Shown here one piece after another: positions 14,201 to 26,900 of a DNA stretch of 64,000 nucleotides (the first letter of the stretch is position 1; each line of letters starts with the position of its first letter). Both the position numbers and the translations under genes were made by a program. The notes under the pieces are model-generated. The model was not told the origin of the DNA, did not search any database, and worked only from the letters and a program-made list of their open reading frames with translations. The DNA comes from Macrostomum hystrix. Taxonomy: Eukaryota > Animalia > Platyhelminthes. The stretch spans positions 19,468,001 through 19,532,000 of the forward strand of contig CATNEN010000001.1 in the NCBI GenBank assembly GCA_950097015.1, in the 5' to 3' direction.

Positions 14201-17200
14201 GAAACCCCAAAGAAGCAGTTTTTTTTAATCATACGCCACCCCAAAATCTAACATGATCAAGCAAAACTACATCATGCGACTACAAATTTCATTATTCACA
14301 CCCGAAATCCATTATCTGCACTCAAAATCCATTATCCGCACCCAAAATCCTTTATTCGCAACCAAAATCCATCATCCGAACCGAAAATCCATTATCCGCA
14401 CCCAAAATCCATTATCCGCACCCAAAATCCATTATCCGCACCCGAAATCCATTATCCGCACCCAAAATCCCTTATCCGCACCCAAAATCCATCATCCGAA
14501 CCGAAAATACATTATCCGCACCCAAAATCCATCATCCGAACCGAAAATCCATTATCCGCACCCAAAATCCATTATCCGCACCCAAAATCCATCATCCGAA
14601 ACCAAAATCCATCATCCGAAACCAAAATCCATTATCCGCACCCAAAATCCATCATCCGCACCGAAAATCCATCATCCGCAACCAAAATCCACCATCCGTC
14701 CACAAAATCTATCCTCCAAACTCAAAATTCATCATCCACTAATAAAATCCGTCATTGGCGCCCAGAATCCATCACCCGCTAGCGCACCTTCAGGTAGTAG
14801 ACGAGCAGCTCGTTAAGGCTGGGGTCGGCATTGAGGTTGACCAGGTAGCAGGAGCTGGAGTCCACCCGGATGCCGCTGGCCTGCACAGACACTCCCATGC
14901 GCTCCAGAGCTTCGTGCCTCTCCTTGTGCCTGCGCTCAGTCTCCAACAGTTTCTCCTCCCAGGTCTTGGACATCTCCTTCATCAGCTTCTCGCTCTCGTG
15001 CAGTTTCTCAGTGAGCTGGGGCGCGGCCACAGCCTGCGCGCTCTCTAACTGAGCCTTCAGAGTCTCGACTTCCTCTCTGAGCTCGCGAATTATCCTAGCG
15101 TTGGGATCTTCGTTAACAACAGCGTGATTGACAATGCGCTTGGCCCGATCGGCGTATCGCAGAGTGGACAGGGTCTCCTCGTAGTTGTCACCCGCCGGAC
15201 TCAGCGTGGCCACCATCAGAGTGCGCGAATTGCCTCCCAGATTGTCCTTGAGCAGCCAGGTGAGCACAGAGTCTCGGTAGGGCACAAACTTTTTAGTCTT
15301 GGAATTGTCAGCCAATGCTGATATCACCAGACCCAGTGTAGTCAGCGACTTGTTGATGTTTGAGCCCTCCCTCAGCCTGTCACCAACAGCTCCGGTCTTC
15401 ACAGCTCGCTCGCTGCCTGCCAGATCCACCAGGCTCAACTTGCTGACCTTCTCGCCTTGAACATCCAGCTGGCAGTCGGAGACAGTCTGGGTCAGGATGA
15501 TGTTGAACACGGCGTGCGACCGGCTGCTCTCGTTGTTCATGTTGGTGGCGGCGACAGTGCGGGACTTGTTGCCTTCGTTCATCAGGCTGTCAATGTCCTG
15601 CGGGGGATCAGAGCATGGGATTTCAATAGTGGGATTAAATAGTGAACTAGTGGGTTTTTAACAATGGGATTTTAACAGTGAACGAGTGGATTTCTCAGTG
15701 GAAATTCAACAATGGGATCTTAATGTGCATTATTGGGATTTCAATAGTGCGATAATACAATGCCTCGATGGGATTTCAGTAGTGGGATAATACAGTGCCT
15801 CGATGGGATTTCAATAGTGGAATAATACAGTGTCTCGATGGGATTTCAATAGTGGGATAATACAGTGTCTCGATGGGATTTCAATAGTGGGATAATACAG
15901 TGTCTCGATGGGATTTCAATAGTGGGATCATACTGTGTCTCAATGGGATTTCAATAGTGAGATAATACAGTGTCTCGATGGGATTTCAATAGTGGGATCA
16001 TACAGTGTCTAGATGGGATTTGAACAGATCAATTACACGGCCGCAAGTGTACTGGCCTTGTTTGCCCCAACTTATGCACGGCAGCTGAAACTGGAGACTC
16101 CAGTGGATGACAGTCACTCATTAGACGCGGGAGAGAAAGGGATAGTGGATGCAGTAGGTCGGTTATGATTATAGCCAGTAGTCGCATTTCTCTGATTCTC
16201 AAAGGCGCAGAAATGTAGGAAATATAATTTTATACATAGCGCGCATAGCCATACCAAATATGATTCAAGAATGCTATCTGCTAGAGCTGAATTGAACAGC
16301 CTAAATTAGGAGATTTGCTTGATTTAATTATAGCCAACCAAAAGTATTGATAACCAAACTCCAGCATTTTCTCTGGCCTCCCAGCGCTCTGAGAAAGAAT
16401 ACGGATAGATGAATATATATGCATACCAAAATTGAACGGAAATTATACAGAGTATCAATGCAACACATGATAGGAAGTGTGGCAGACAGAAACTGGGCGG
16501 GAGAGCTTCAAGGGGGAGACTCAATGTGAAGAGGGGGAAATTGATCAAGAGGGGAGAAAATAGGGATTAGGATGGGGGAGAAAGAGGATCAGGATGGGGG
16601 AGAAAGAGGATCAGAATGGGGGTGAAAGAGGATCAGGATGGGGAGAAAGAGGATCAGGATGGGGAAAAAATGGGATCAAAAGGGGATAAAGACGGGAGAA
16701 TCAGCGATCAGAAGGGAAGAAACAGGGATCAGAAGGGAAGAAACAGGGATCAGAAAGGAGAAACAGGGATCAGAAGGGAGAAACAGGGATCAGAAGGGAG
16801 AAACTGGGATCAGAAGGGAATAATAGGGATCAGAAGGGAATAATAGGGATCAGAAGGGAGAAACAGGGATCAGAAGGGAGAAACTGGGATCAGAAGGGAG
16901 AAACAGGGATCAGAAGGGAGAGAAAGAAGGATCAGAAGGGAAGAATAGGGACAGTAGGTGGAGAAACAGTGCTCAGGATAAAGAGGACAAACGCAAGCAC
17001 GCGAGGCGATCAGGCGAGTAGAAATCCGAACATTCGGTACAATGGCACAAAAAAGCTGAACTAGAAAGGCGCACTTCATCAAAGCGGTCGGCAATCAGCC
17101 CCGAATACGCGCACTGGCAGCAAATCAAGCGAGAACTCAACCAGCAGGACAGACAGGCGGACACACAAAATTGGGAAGGATGGAGAGATTCGGTGGCGCG

Positions 17201-19552
17201 GGAGCGGGGGAGTGAGGCGGGGATGTCTGTCGGAGCTTGAAATGAGGAGCCGAACTGGTCAAGGGAGAAGAGACAGGAGGCGGAGCAGCCCCTCCTAACC
17301 AGCCAGCGCCCGACACACGAGAGCGAGAGGCGGAGAGGGGTATAAAAATTAGATTTCTAAGTCTACCAAAGCCTTTAGTAGCTGCGTCCAGAAGGCCGGC
17401 CCCGAGTTGGGCCGTAAAGAAGAGGAGGGCGGGGCGGGCAAACTTGGATTGGGAAGAGAAGGAGAAAAGACGCGCTCTGGTGTTGTGGCGGTGGCAAGAA
17501 GAGTACCCCATTTTCGCTGAGCCTTCTTATAATCCTCTAGTCTAACTACTGAAATCCTTGAGCATAGCTGCGTGAGTCCTGGGTTAGGCCAATCCAACTC
17601 GCCCGGTAGTTGAGCAGTTTAGAGCCTGTCTGCCTGTCTGTATCTCAAGAGTGTGAGCGGCAATGAAGGGGCTGGGCGAGTACTTCAAACACGACTGGGC
17701 GACAATCGGATTTTCAGCCTACTCAACTTGTAGGCCACTCAGCAAACTCACCTCAAAAGATGACACGACTAGCTGTGATAGGCCGTCGACGTAAGGACCC
17801 AGTATGTTGTGCTCGCGAACCTTCAAATATTTCTTGGGCCCGGAGAGGTCCAGCAGGTCGTGCACCTTCTCGTTGTAGATCTCTATATAGCTGACTTCAA
17901 CCTTGCAGCTGACTGTGTCGTCTGTGGCGCCCTGCGATCGAATCCTGGTGAACATGGCGTCGCACAGTCTGGGAATGATGCCCTTCTGCGACTCGGCCGA
18001 GGATCCCATCATTGTGTAACTTTTGCCCGAGCCAGTCTGGCCGTACGCGAATATGCAGCCGTTGTAGCCTTGGAAGGCGCTCTCCAAGACGCACGTGCCG
18101 AGGGCGTCAAATACGTCAGCTTGACCTTGGAAATAGATGGAATTGTGTTGGAAATAGATGGTATTATTTGGAAATAGACCGAATTGTGTTAGGAATAGAT
18201 GGTATTGGGTAGGAAACAGTAAAATAGAGTTGCAAATATATTGGGACGTCGAGTTATTTTCAAAAAATAATTAAGCCCAAACTTAAGCAGTTTGAGCACT
18301 CACTGGCATATTTGGGATCATCGGCGTCCATTGACCAGAAGCAGTGATCGAATGCAAACACTTTTGGCTGCTTTGAGGCACCATCCAGACTTCTAAAAAG
18401 TGTTAAAAAAACCTCTACTCTACTCTACTCTAACTCATTTAAAAATATTTTCTAAGACAAATTCCTAACAAGCAAATTGTTTAGCTGAAAAGCTTACCCA
18501 TGTGGTGAATGCAGAAAAGTTTGATTGTCCTTCATCTCCACAATACATGATGTTTGCAGTTCAATCTCTTGAATGTTTGAGACAGTTGAAAAGCAAAAAT
18601 TAGAATTTTATTAGCTAGCTAAATCTCTGTTCAATAGCTATTGATGACATTACAAAAAGCAAAAAAATGTTCCCATTATTCATTTTCAGATGCAACATTT
18701 TTTATTAATGTGCACTTTTTCTGTATTATAACTCCAACTTGTTTTTATAATAAGTTATAGATAAATTTTTCAAAAACTATTCAGCTGCTTCATTAGAATA
18801 ATATTTACTCTTTTAATATGTTATTTTGTTAAGGAATAAAAAAGCCTTATTAACTTTCATAAATTGAAAATTTTCAGAAATTTCATAAATTCCTTTCATA
18901 CTTTACAATAATTAGATTTTCAATCTACTTAAATTCAAATCTATCACAACTTAAAAAATCTGTTAATAGTAAAAACTTAATATTTTATTAAAGCTCAGTA
19001 TAAGAAATCTCTAGTAAAAGTTATTATTGCTATTAGTGCCTAAAGTTATCTTTGGGAATGTAAATATAGCAAAACCTAGATTGAGTTCAAAAACTGCTTT
19101 AAACTACTGACTAGCAGCATAAAATATATATTATATAAGTTTCTAAAAAGCTAGAAAGTTAATAGCAATATATTAACAGAAAAGAAGTTTAAAAAATCAT
19201 TATATCTAATAAAACATATTTTTAGAGTATAGCTAATTTAAACAATGAGTCTAGTTTATGGAGAAAAATCTAATATTAAGACTGTTAGATGCTTTTCTAG
19301 ATTAAACAAAAATATTTTACTCTAGCAATCTTTGTAATTTACCATCTATTGTCCAGTAAAATTTTAGATAGATCTATTGTGCTTGCTTTACGACTCATTA
19401 AATAAATGAATACTTATTTTTAAGTTTAGTATATATATTTTAACATTATTGCAGGAATGATGATTACAATAAAAAAGAAACGCCAGTTCTTTACCTCGTT
19501 TATTCATAGGTCGCAGTCGAACAGCGACCTTGACTTTATCCGTCTCAGACAT
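2065..19552 (-). CDS. KIF13: Kinesin-3 motor KIF13A/B (Khc-73/klp-4) orthologue, 5' part; 10 coding exons in window, gene continues beyond position 1
   Basis: Exons (minus): 19495-19552, 18498-18567, 18304-18392, 17752-18125, 14788-15597, 13036-13163, 12281-12402, 11567-11689, 2824-3815, 2065-2260. All introns are GT-AG with matching phases. Motifs: [25 protein letters not shown]-loop [57 protein letters not shown], and the KIF13-type stalk EANFLSAEL...[15 protein letters not shown]. Confidence 0.95.
2530..2690. repeat. 14-bp minisatellite (CCATGCCAATTATC)
   Basis: Direct periodicity. Confidence 0.85.
2824..3815 (-). CDS. KIF13: KIF13 exon 9, stalk and C2-like region
   Basis: [40 protein letters not shown]. 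Confidence 0.9.
3897..4105 (-). mobile_element. Short dispersed repeat, probable non-autonomous hAT-like element
   Basis: Reverse-complement match to 13265-13530 and partial match to 20188-20265; terminus reads TAGGGCTG on the minus strand. Confidence 0.6.
5985..8215. repeat. 34-bp minisatellite, about 65 copies
   Basis: Unit AACTTCAGGTGATTCATTAGCTAGGTTCGTTAAC with a few binary variants. Confidence 0.97.
8967..10733. repeat. 33-bp minisatellite, about 53 copies
   Basis: Unit AAGCTTCAGGTCCTTCAGTTAGTCAATACTCTA. Confidence 0.97.
11567..11689 (-). CDS. KIF13: KIF13 exon 8
   Basis: [10 protein letters not shown]...[10 protein letters not shown] joins exon 9 [11 protein letters not shown] in frame. 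Confidence 0.85.
12000..12190. repeat. Degenerate short tandem repeat (GAGATCTAGAGACCAA-like)
   Basis: Repeated AGATCTAGAGACC cores. Confidence 0.7.
12281..13163 (-). CDS. KIF13: KIF13 exons 6 (13036-13163) and 7 (12281-12402), FHA domain
   Basis: [15 protein letters not shown] and [31 protein letters not shown]; canonical splice sites. Confidence 0.9.
12580..12908. repeat. 16-bp minisatellite (GAGATGAGACAGGGGA)
   Basis: Direct periodicity of 16. Confidence 0.9.
13265..13530 (+). mobile_element. Second copy of the short dispersed repeat, inverted relative to 3897-4105
   Basis: TGGCACATCATTTGGTGACACTAGACCCGCAGCCA...CCAAGCCTTCTCTCCGCGGCTGCGCCC shared. Confidence 0.65.
14303..14700. repeat. 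20-bp minisatellite (CCAAAATCCATTATCCGCAC)
   Basis: Direct periodicity of 20. Confidence 0.9.
14788..15597 (-). CDS. KIF13: KIF13 exon 5, motor switch I/II and neck
   Basis: [40 protein letters not shown]. Confidence 0.95.
15735..16021. repeat. 35-bp minisatellite (ATGGGATTTCAATAGTGGGATAATACAGTGTCTCG)
   Basis: Direct periodicity of 35. Confidence 0.9.
16560..16945. repeat. 20-21-bp purine-rich minisatellite (GGGATCAGAAGGGAGAAACA)
   Basis: Direct periodicity. Confidence 0.85.
17752..18125 (-). CDS. KIF13: KIF13 exon 4, motor P-loop
   Basis: [39 protein letters not shown]; GTGAGT donor at 17751. Confidence 0.95.
18129..18215. repeat. 21-bp repeat abutting the KIF13 exon 4 acceptor
   Basis: GGAAATAGATGGAATTGTGTT, about 4 copies. 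Confidence 0.75.
18304..18567 (-). CDS. KIF13: KIF13 exons 2 (18498-18567) and 3 (18304-18392)
   Basis: [17 protein letters not shown] and [16 protein letters not shown]; phases join. Confidence 0.85.
19495..19552 (-). CDS. KIF13: KIF13 exon 1 ([19 protein letters not shown])
   Basis: ATG at 19552, kinesin N-terminal VAVRxRP motif, GTAA donor. Confidence 0.9.
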
Positions 19553-20949
19553 TTCGGCTGTCTTTCAGAATGATTACAATATATTAAATCGATAATTGAA
19601 GCTCAAACTTATGGCGACCATCGGTTCAGTAGCAAGAATATTTCAATAAAGACGTTCTTATAATTATCGCAACTGTTTCTTTTAGCATTGCGGTTAATTA
19701 TTTGCCGTCATTGCAATGTGTAAATACCAGAAGCTAACGTCTTGACTATTAAAAACGCAATGAAAGCTATGATTGTAATTATGAAGCTTCAGAGTTCTAG
19801 AAACTACAAACAAAGTAATATATCAGATAGTATTTGTGGTATAAAACTTACTTTCGGAAAAGAAGCAATTACTAATTTTTAAAAAAGAAAATAAAGTTTG
19901 CATGTCAAAAACGTGCGAGAAAAATTAACACAGTAAAGCAAATCAAACTCTATTCGAAACTAAATGTGGCATATAAAGAGATTTCAGTCAGACAGACTGT
20001 GTTTTTCATTGATAATTTATTCATAATTTAAGAAATATATTTACTTTAAGTCGCTAAAAGTAATGCGTCAAACAGAGTACATTGTTAAGATTGATTGTGA
20101 CAAAATTGGCTTGCATGATACATTTTTAAGTGAGAAAGTGAGAACATTGCTTTTCTGGCAGTCGTTGCAGCATGTGCAATCAGTTTCCGCTGAATCCTGA
20201 GCACACTCACACACAGGAGTGTGTACATCTGCCCTGACCTTCGCATCGTCAGACAGTGTGCACTCTCACTGTGCCTCGGGTGTTGGCCCTTAATTAAGGG
20301 TGAAGAGCTAATAATTTGGGGTGTGCCACGATTGATTTGGGGTCGGCGGGCCGAATTCTTCCACAATACACCCCAAATCTATGGTGGTGCCCACTCCAAA
20401 TTCATGACTTCCACGAGGGGAATGCCAGGAAAATAAAAAGTGTATAGAGTACTCCACGTAGTTAAAGTTATTGGCACAGCACTTTTTGCAACTTAATTTT
20501 AACGAAAGGCGTTCGTTAGGTAGTCCAATTCTAGGTCATGTATTTAAAACCTATCTCACATGTAAGCCTTATCACTTGTCTGCCCTTGTCATTGCTCCTG
20601 AGCATGCAGCCTTGACTGTTAGGGTGGCCTGGAAGAGACGACACGCACAAACCAACCCCAGATTAGAAATTTCACATGGAGAACACCAAATGGAAAATTT
20701 TGAGCTGCTTTAATTTGTGCGCAAGACAGGACCCAGTTAGTTTCAGGAGATAATAGGGTGCTAAGACGAGCTATATTCGCCGTCTTGAGTTCAGAGTCTA
20801 AGAGTGAGCTATAAGATCTATTAGTAGGCAACAGATTAAAAGTCTTTATTGTGACTCCGAGTCTTTCGCTTCGATTTTGTAGATACTGCAGTCGATGATA
20901 CTGACTTTGATCGGTTTTAAACGAAGGCGACCTACGTAGGGCTTAGTCC

Positions 20950-23900
20950 ATGACAGCACAGCACAGCATGCGAAGGTCAAACTTGTCTGCGAATCTTGCA
21001 AACACAAATGCAAGTAGACTGTTTCAGGCAGCTGAAGAAGGCAACCTGAATGCCGTCGTCAGGATAGTCCATGCTAATTTCCCTGCCTGCAACGGTCTAA
21101 ACTGCAGGCTCACCGATGACCAGGTAGCGGATGGTAGAGTTTGCTTCAACGATAAGTGCCTGACAGAGGCTGCCAGGATAGCAGCAATTTGCAAGCACGA
21201 TAAGATATTGAAGTTTCTGGTGGAAAGAATCAGTCCAGAAGTCAGAGACAAGAGCTGCAAGCTAGTAGCGGAAGCGGCTTCTGCTAAATGTTCGACAAAG
21301 AGTTTGGAATTTCTTCTGAACAGCATTTCCAAAGCGCGAGAGAGAAGCGAATTTATTATTTTAGCAGCCAACGGAGCTGGCAAAAGTGGTTCCGTGAAGC
21401 TACTCAAACTCCTTTATGAAGCAGCAGCTACTCAGGAAGACAAGGACAGATTTATAAGAGCTGCACTGGCATCTGTGGCCAGCTCCGGAAACACGGAATC
21501 GGTGAAGTTTCTGGTGGACCGAATTCGCGATCAGAATTTCAAGGATGAGTCCTGTAAGCATGCAGCGGTCATCGCAGCCAAGCACGACAAGTGGGCGACT
21601 GTGGGCTGCCTTCTGGAAGGCATCTCCAACAGCGCAGTCAAGGATGAGTGCTGCATGGAGGTTGCTTCAAGCCCTGCCCTGCAGCAAAGGAAAGAAACGC
21701 TTCTGTTTCTGCATAGAAGCATCGCTAATCCATCAGTGCGGGAAAAATTTGTGAACAACTTTTTCACTGTCGTTTTGAAACGAGGACATATAAAGGCAAT
21801 GCAACAATTCCTTGATGATTTGCCTACTTCCGAAGCCAAGCTAAGCTTAGTATTAAAAGGAACAGAATTGGCAGTAGCTAGGGGTGATCATATTTCTGTA
21901 ATAAAAGCTTTAATTAAAGCATCTTCAAATAGCAAGCAACAGCGGCAGTGCGTGCATCTGGCAGCACGAGTTGCGGCCAGCAACAGGCACGCGGGAGTGC
22001 TAAAGTACCTGATCAACACCATCTTGCAAGACAGAGCTGCCCGGAACGCTTGCTGCCTCGAGACCGCCCAGTCGGCAGGTGATGGAGGCAGCTTAGATGT
22101 GGCAACATTTTTGATTCGCACTATTACAGACCAAAGAGTTAAGGACGAATTTTGTAAAGCTGCACTGAAGTCGGCTGCTGCTAACGGTTTCGTCCAACTT
22201 GTCAAGCTTCTGATGAAGTGCTTGTCCTGCAGCTCCGAACAAGATCAGGGCGCATCGATCGCACTTGAAGCTGCCATCGCAGGTGAACACATGGAGGTTG
22301 CAAGCCTGCTTATCGACAGAATAGACGACACAAAATCTAAGCAAAGTAGCTACTTGATGGCTGCTGAACAAGCAATCAAGTCGCAGAAGTTCAAGATGGT
22401 CTGCCCTTGCCTACAGAGGGCTGCAGAAAACGGTGAAAGCCAGGACGCATTATACATACAAGCTGCTGAAGAGGCTGCAAAGCACAATGGCCTGGACTTT
22501 TTGCCTGCATTTGTGGCTGCAATTAAGGATTCAAATATTCGCGACAAATTCTGCGGCACCGCAACAGAAGCGTGCATTCAAGCTAGCCAATTCGACTGTC
22601 TAGTTGCCGTTTTGCAAAGCATCGTAAATCGTGAACTGCTCGAGCAAAGCTGCGAAAAGGCGATCTATGCAGCCGCGAGTCAAGGCTGCAAAGACACAGT
22701 TGGAAAACTTTTGCTTCTGATCACCGACGGAAATATGAGAGATCTCATTTGTAAAAATGCACTGCTAACTGCAGCACAGACCCAGCAGTTCGAAGTAGTC
22801 AAGCATCTTTTTCGATCGATAGCTGATGATGAAATTAGAGACCGTTGCTACCTCGAGGCCGCGCAGCAGGCAGCCGAAAAGGGACTAGCTGACGAGGTGA
22901 AACATCTGGTTCATGAGGCCATGTCAAAGGGCCGCAAATTCAGCAGCGAGGAGTTACTCAGCCTGGCGGATGCCGCAGTCAATGACTGCCACACAGAACT
23001 GATCCGCTTCCTAATAAGGCTGACAGCGGAGCCCTCCATCACCGATTTGTGGTGCTGTCAAGCAGCCGATAAGGCAGTAGGCAGAGGTGAATTTCATTTC
23101 GCCGTAGCCCTCATGGAACTTGTGATCAACAAAGATTGCAGAAGCTCTTGGGCTATTGCGAACACGTCTCTGCGCAACCAGCTCGCAAACCTTGCAATAA
23201 CCGGAGACAATGAAATTATTCTGCACGTCATCTCGCTTCTGAATCCAATTGACCTGGTTAAAATGTTGTCGCTCGCTGTCTCTTCTGGTCACATTGCCTT
23301 AGCACTGACGCTTATCTCTCGAGTTCATCTTGAGCACATAGATTTGAGATGCACCTCTTCGGCCACTGTACTCATGCTGGCAGCTGATGCAGGCCATCAC
23401 GTGATCATAACAGCACTTCTAAACCACGGTGCGTCCCTGGATCTAACAGACGAGCTGGGTATGACGGCCCTGTCGAGGGCTTGCGCATCAGGTCACTTGC
23501 GAGCCGTCAAGACCCTGGCTGACAGGGGAGCGAACCCACAACATCGGAACAAGCGCGGTCTGACCTGTCTGCAGCTAGCTGAGCAATTTGGACATAGTGA
23601 GATCAAAAGACTGCTTGAGTGGATTCCCACTGACAGGTAAACTTCGTAAGATAAAAAGTATACTTTTTTCAACTGACAGAATAATTAATTATCTCAACAA
23701 TTCGCATGATTTTCTAGATTACACAAAACAGACGAACAGACGGGAGAGCTGAAGAGGATGAGCAAGCTACGAGTACAAAATGCAACGTGAGTCAAGCTAG
23801 AAACTACTTTATACCGTGAATAAAGAATTTTTTGCATGAAATGTACTCTATGAGCTTGGCAGCTCATCGAAATCGACTTGCCCATATGACCCAGACACCC

Positions 23901-26900
23901 AGACCCAGACCCAGACAGACTAGATATGAGAAGTTGAGAACAGACAGACATGCAGGGCAGACAGGGAGACGGACTCCTAGAACAGATTGACTGACTGACT
24001 GACTGACAGGCTGAAAAAATTGTCTAAAACTGTACTCATTTTGTCTATGGTCTTTTGTCCTGCTTACGTTCGCTCAGAGCGGAGAAAGACAGCGCAAAGA
24101 AGAAACTGAGCAGCCGGCTGCATAATATGCTCAACCAAGCCGGCTTCACCCAGCAAAGGGCCGAGTACCTGCAAGCAATGGCCGACTTTCTACAAGAGAT
24201 TGTGCGCTCAGCCACCGGTGACAACTGGGAGATGAGTGGTAGCTTCGCCGAGGGTTGGGCAAACAGTTTAGTTCAGGTGAACGGCAGAACCGGAGTCGAC
24301 TCGGACATTGACTGGACAGTGCTAATCGATGGTATTCAGTACTGCCTCTGCGGTGAGAGTCGTCTGTGCGGCGACGATAAAGCTGCAAGACTGCAGGTTG
24401 TTGACGGACACGCTAAAGTATCAGCTGGACAAGGTTTCTCCCAAGTTCTTAAAGTGTTGTTATTACTCTTCCCTTCTTCTTTCCCACACTTGTTTACACA
24501 CGTGCGACCTCCTATTGTACTTTCTCCTCTCTCTCCCTCTATCAGTTTAACTTCATCACTAACCTCGCTTCTCTTTCCTCTCCCTCGTCTCTGATTGGCT
24601 AGCTGCTCGTCTCTGTTTTCTCAACCCCTCTTTCCTCAACCCCCTCCTTATCAGCTCTTACCCTATGGCCCGTCCTTAATCGTGTTACCATCCTGTCCCC
24701 TCCTTATCTCTTGGTTAGCAGTAGAACTACCAAGGGGGATTTCCCCGCTGACAACTTTTTGTGCAGAACTCGAAGGCAGCAACGCAAGCATATAAAAATC
24801 AAGAACACGGGACAAATTTTTGTTGCGTTCCTAATTCGCTTTAGGGACTCCATGGCCAGTTGGATGCACCCTGCTGACGGTACTCACGGCGTCGGGATGG
24901 TGACTGATTGGTTGACAGATTAGGCAAGGTTGTTCCTATTTGGCTGGTGCCACTTGCTGAATGTCCAGCAGCTCCGTCTTGATAAAAGTGCGTGACCACC
25001 GAAGTCAGAGATGATGCAGGCACGTTCGGGTGACATGTTGATAAAGTTTGAAAGCCTGGCGAGGCCGCACTGAGGCGTGAGGAGATACACTAGCTCTTAT
25101 TGGAACAATCTGACCTTTGTCCAGACCGATGAACATCTCGACGGTCTAAAGAGCTGGCGACTTGATTCTTATTTCAGACGATTCGCAGCAAAAATAAGGC
25201 CCGTGTTCTTCAGTTTGATGTGCTTGCATTGCTCCGTTCGGGTGCAGCATAAGTGATAGTCAGGGGAAATCCACATTGGTATAACAACGGGCGGCAAAAT
25301 GACTTGGTAGTACTACCTGGTATTAATATTAGGAAAATTTTAGGCACTTCCTGCACAATCCTATATACTAAAAATTATGTTCCTAAAATGGATACTCTCA
25401 GTCTAACAGCCTTGCTAGCCTTGTTCGTACGGCCTTACCAGCGTGCGAATGGTTTTCTTGTCTAAAAAGGCTTTACTGACGCTTACAAACCTCGTCCTCT
25501 TCCTCCCCTTCAAGGTAGCCAGCCAGCAGTAACTGACACAGCCTTCGGTGCCAGACCAGCCCAGGATGTCTGCCACGCCCGGAGATGCTGCTGCCTACTG
25601 GCCAGAGATAAAGTGGCCCAGCTGACTTCTGCCAACGGCTGCGTGCATCTGGTTTGCGCGACGCGACCCAACTCCCACGATGAGATGAGGGTGAGCTTCA
25701 GCTTTCAAGAGAAAAGAATCATGAGGCGCCTGAGCACAGTACAGGGCCAGCTTTTCACGATTATTAAATTCGTTTTCAAGAGGCTTTTGCCTATCAAACA
25801 CGCAGCTCCAGGACTAAAGACGTACCACGCAAAGTCTCTGCTATTCTTCATGTTGGAGAAGTATGGACAACATAATGACCAGTTTTGGCAGCCAGAGAAT
25901 CTTGTAGTGATACTGGCCAAGTCTCTAAAAATGATGTTAGGATTTATCGACTCTAGTAGCTCACCCGACGAGTGCATGCCACACTTTTTCATGCCTGAAG
26001 CGAAGCTCTACTTCAAGAACGCTGGAATCGGAGGCGACTTCAGCAACACAAAAGCCAGGATTCGAGATCAGCTATGCGATTTGAGAAGCGACGTCGAAAA
26101 TATTGTCAACGAACTAGAAAAGCGTGTGCGACCGCTTGAGACAAATAGCATTTATTTCCACCCCTTCACATTGCTTCCACTGCAATACCTGCCTGATCCA
26201 ATAGAAAGACAGTTTGCTGGCCAAAATTTCAGCGAAATTTTCAGCGGGGTCCAAAACTGCGTCATCAACTTGGCGCAGGAACAGACCGACAGCGAGAAAC
26301 TGATGAAGCAGCTGGCTTTGTTGCGTCAGAAGAAGTGTTGCGAATACTCCACCCTCTGCTTAACGGCCATGGCGCACCTCAAGTCTAAGGAATTCGCTTT
26401 GGCCGAGAAAGCGGTTAAGGAATTGGCTGCGAAGGTGCCCCAGCCTTACTGGGAGACTGTCGACATGGAGTGTGGAACGCGCAACAGTGAGGACCAATGG
26501 AACTGGCAAGGCTCCAGTACCTCAGACTGGGCGTGGAGGTTTTGCTTTCCGATTGAGAAGAAGCTGCCGTTTGAGTTTCTTCCTCCGTTCACTCAGACTC
26601 TGCTCACATGCCGATTGTCGCAGTCACGGTCGTCTCACCTCTATGCGAATTTCCGCTGCCTCGGCTGGAGTCTGCAAGCCGAGCTGCTGGGAAGGCAGAA
26701 AGGAGCCGTTGAGAATTGGAGCAGACAATGCGCAGAGGACCCGGACTTCGAGGAGTTGTACACCCTGGCCAACTACACTGAGGACCGGAAGCAGCTCAAG
26801 ATCTGCGTGCAGCAGATGACCGTCATCAGGGATGAGAAACGCGTCGCCATGGAAACTCAGGATGAGGAGAAGTTTGAATTTGTTAACTACAAGCTAAAGC

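Noticed and set aside
12543-14816. Low-complexity ORFs at 12543-12959 and 14253-14816
   Set aside because: Translations of the 16-bp and 20-bp minisatellites
16950-17700. Non-repetitive GC-richer intronic segment with short ORFs
   Set aside because: No recognisable motif; possibly a decayed TE, but unsupported
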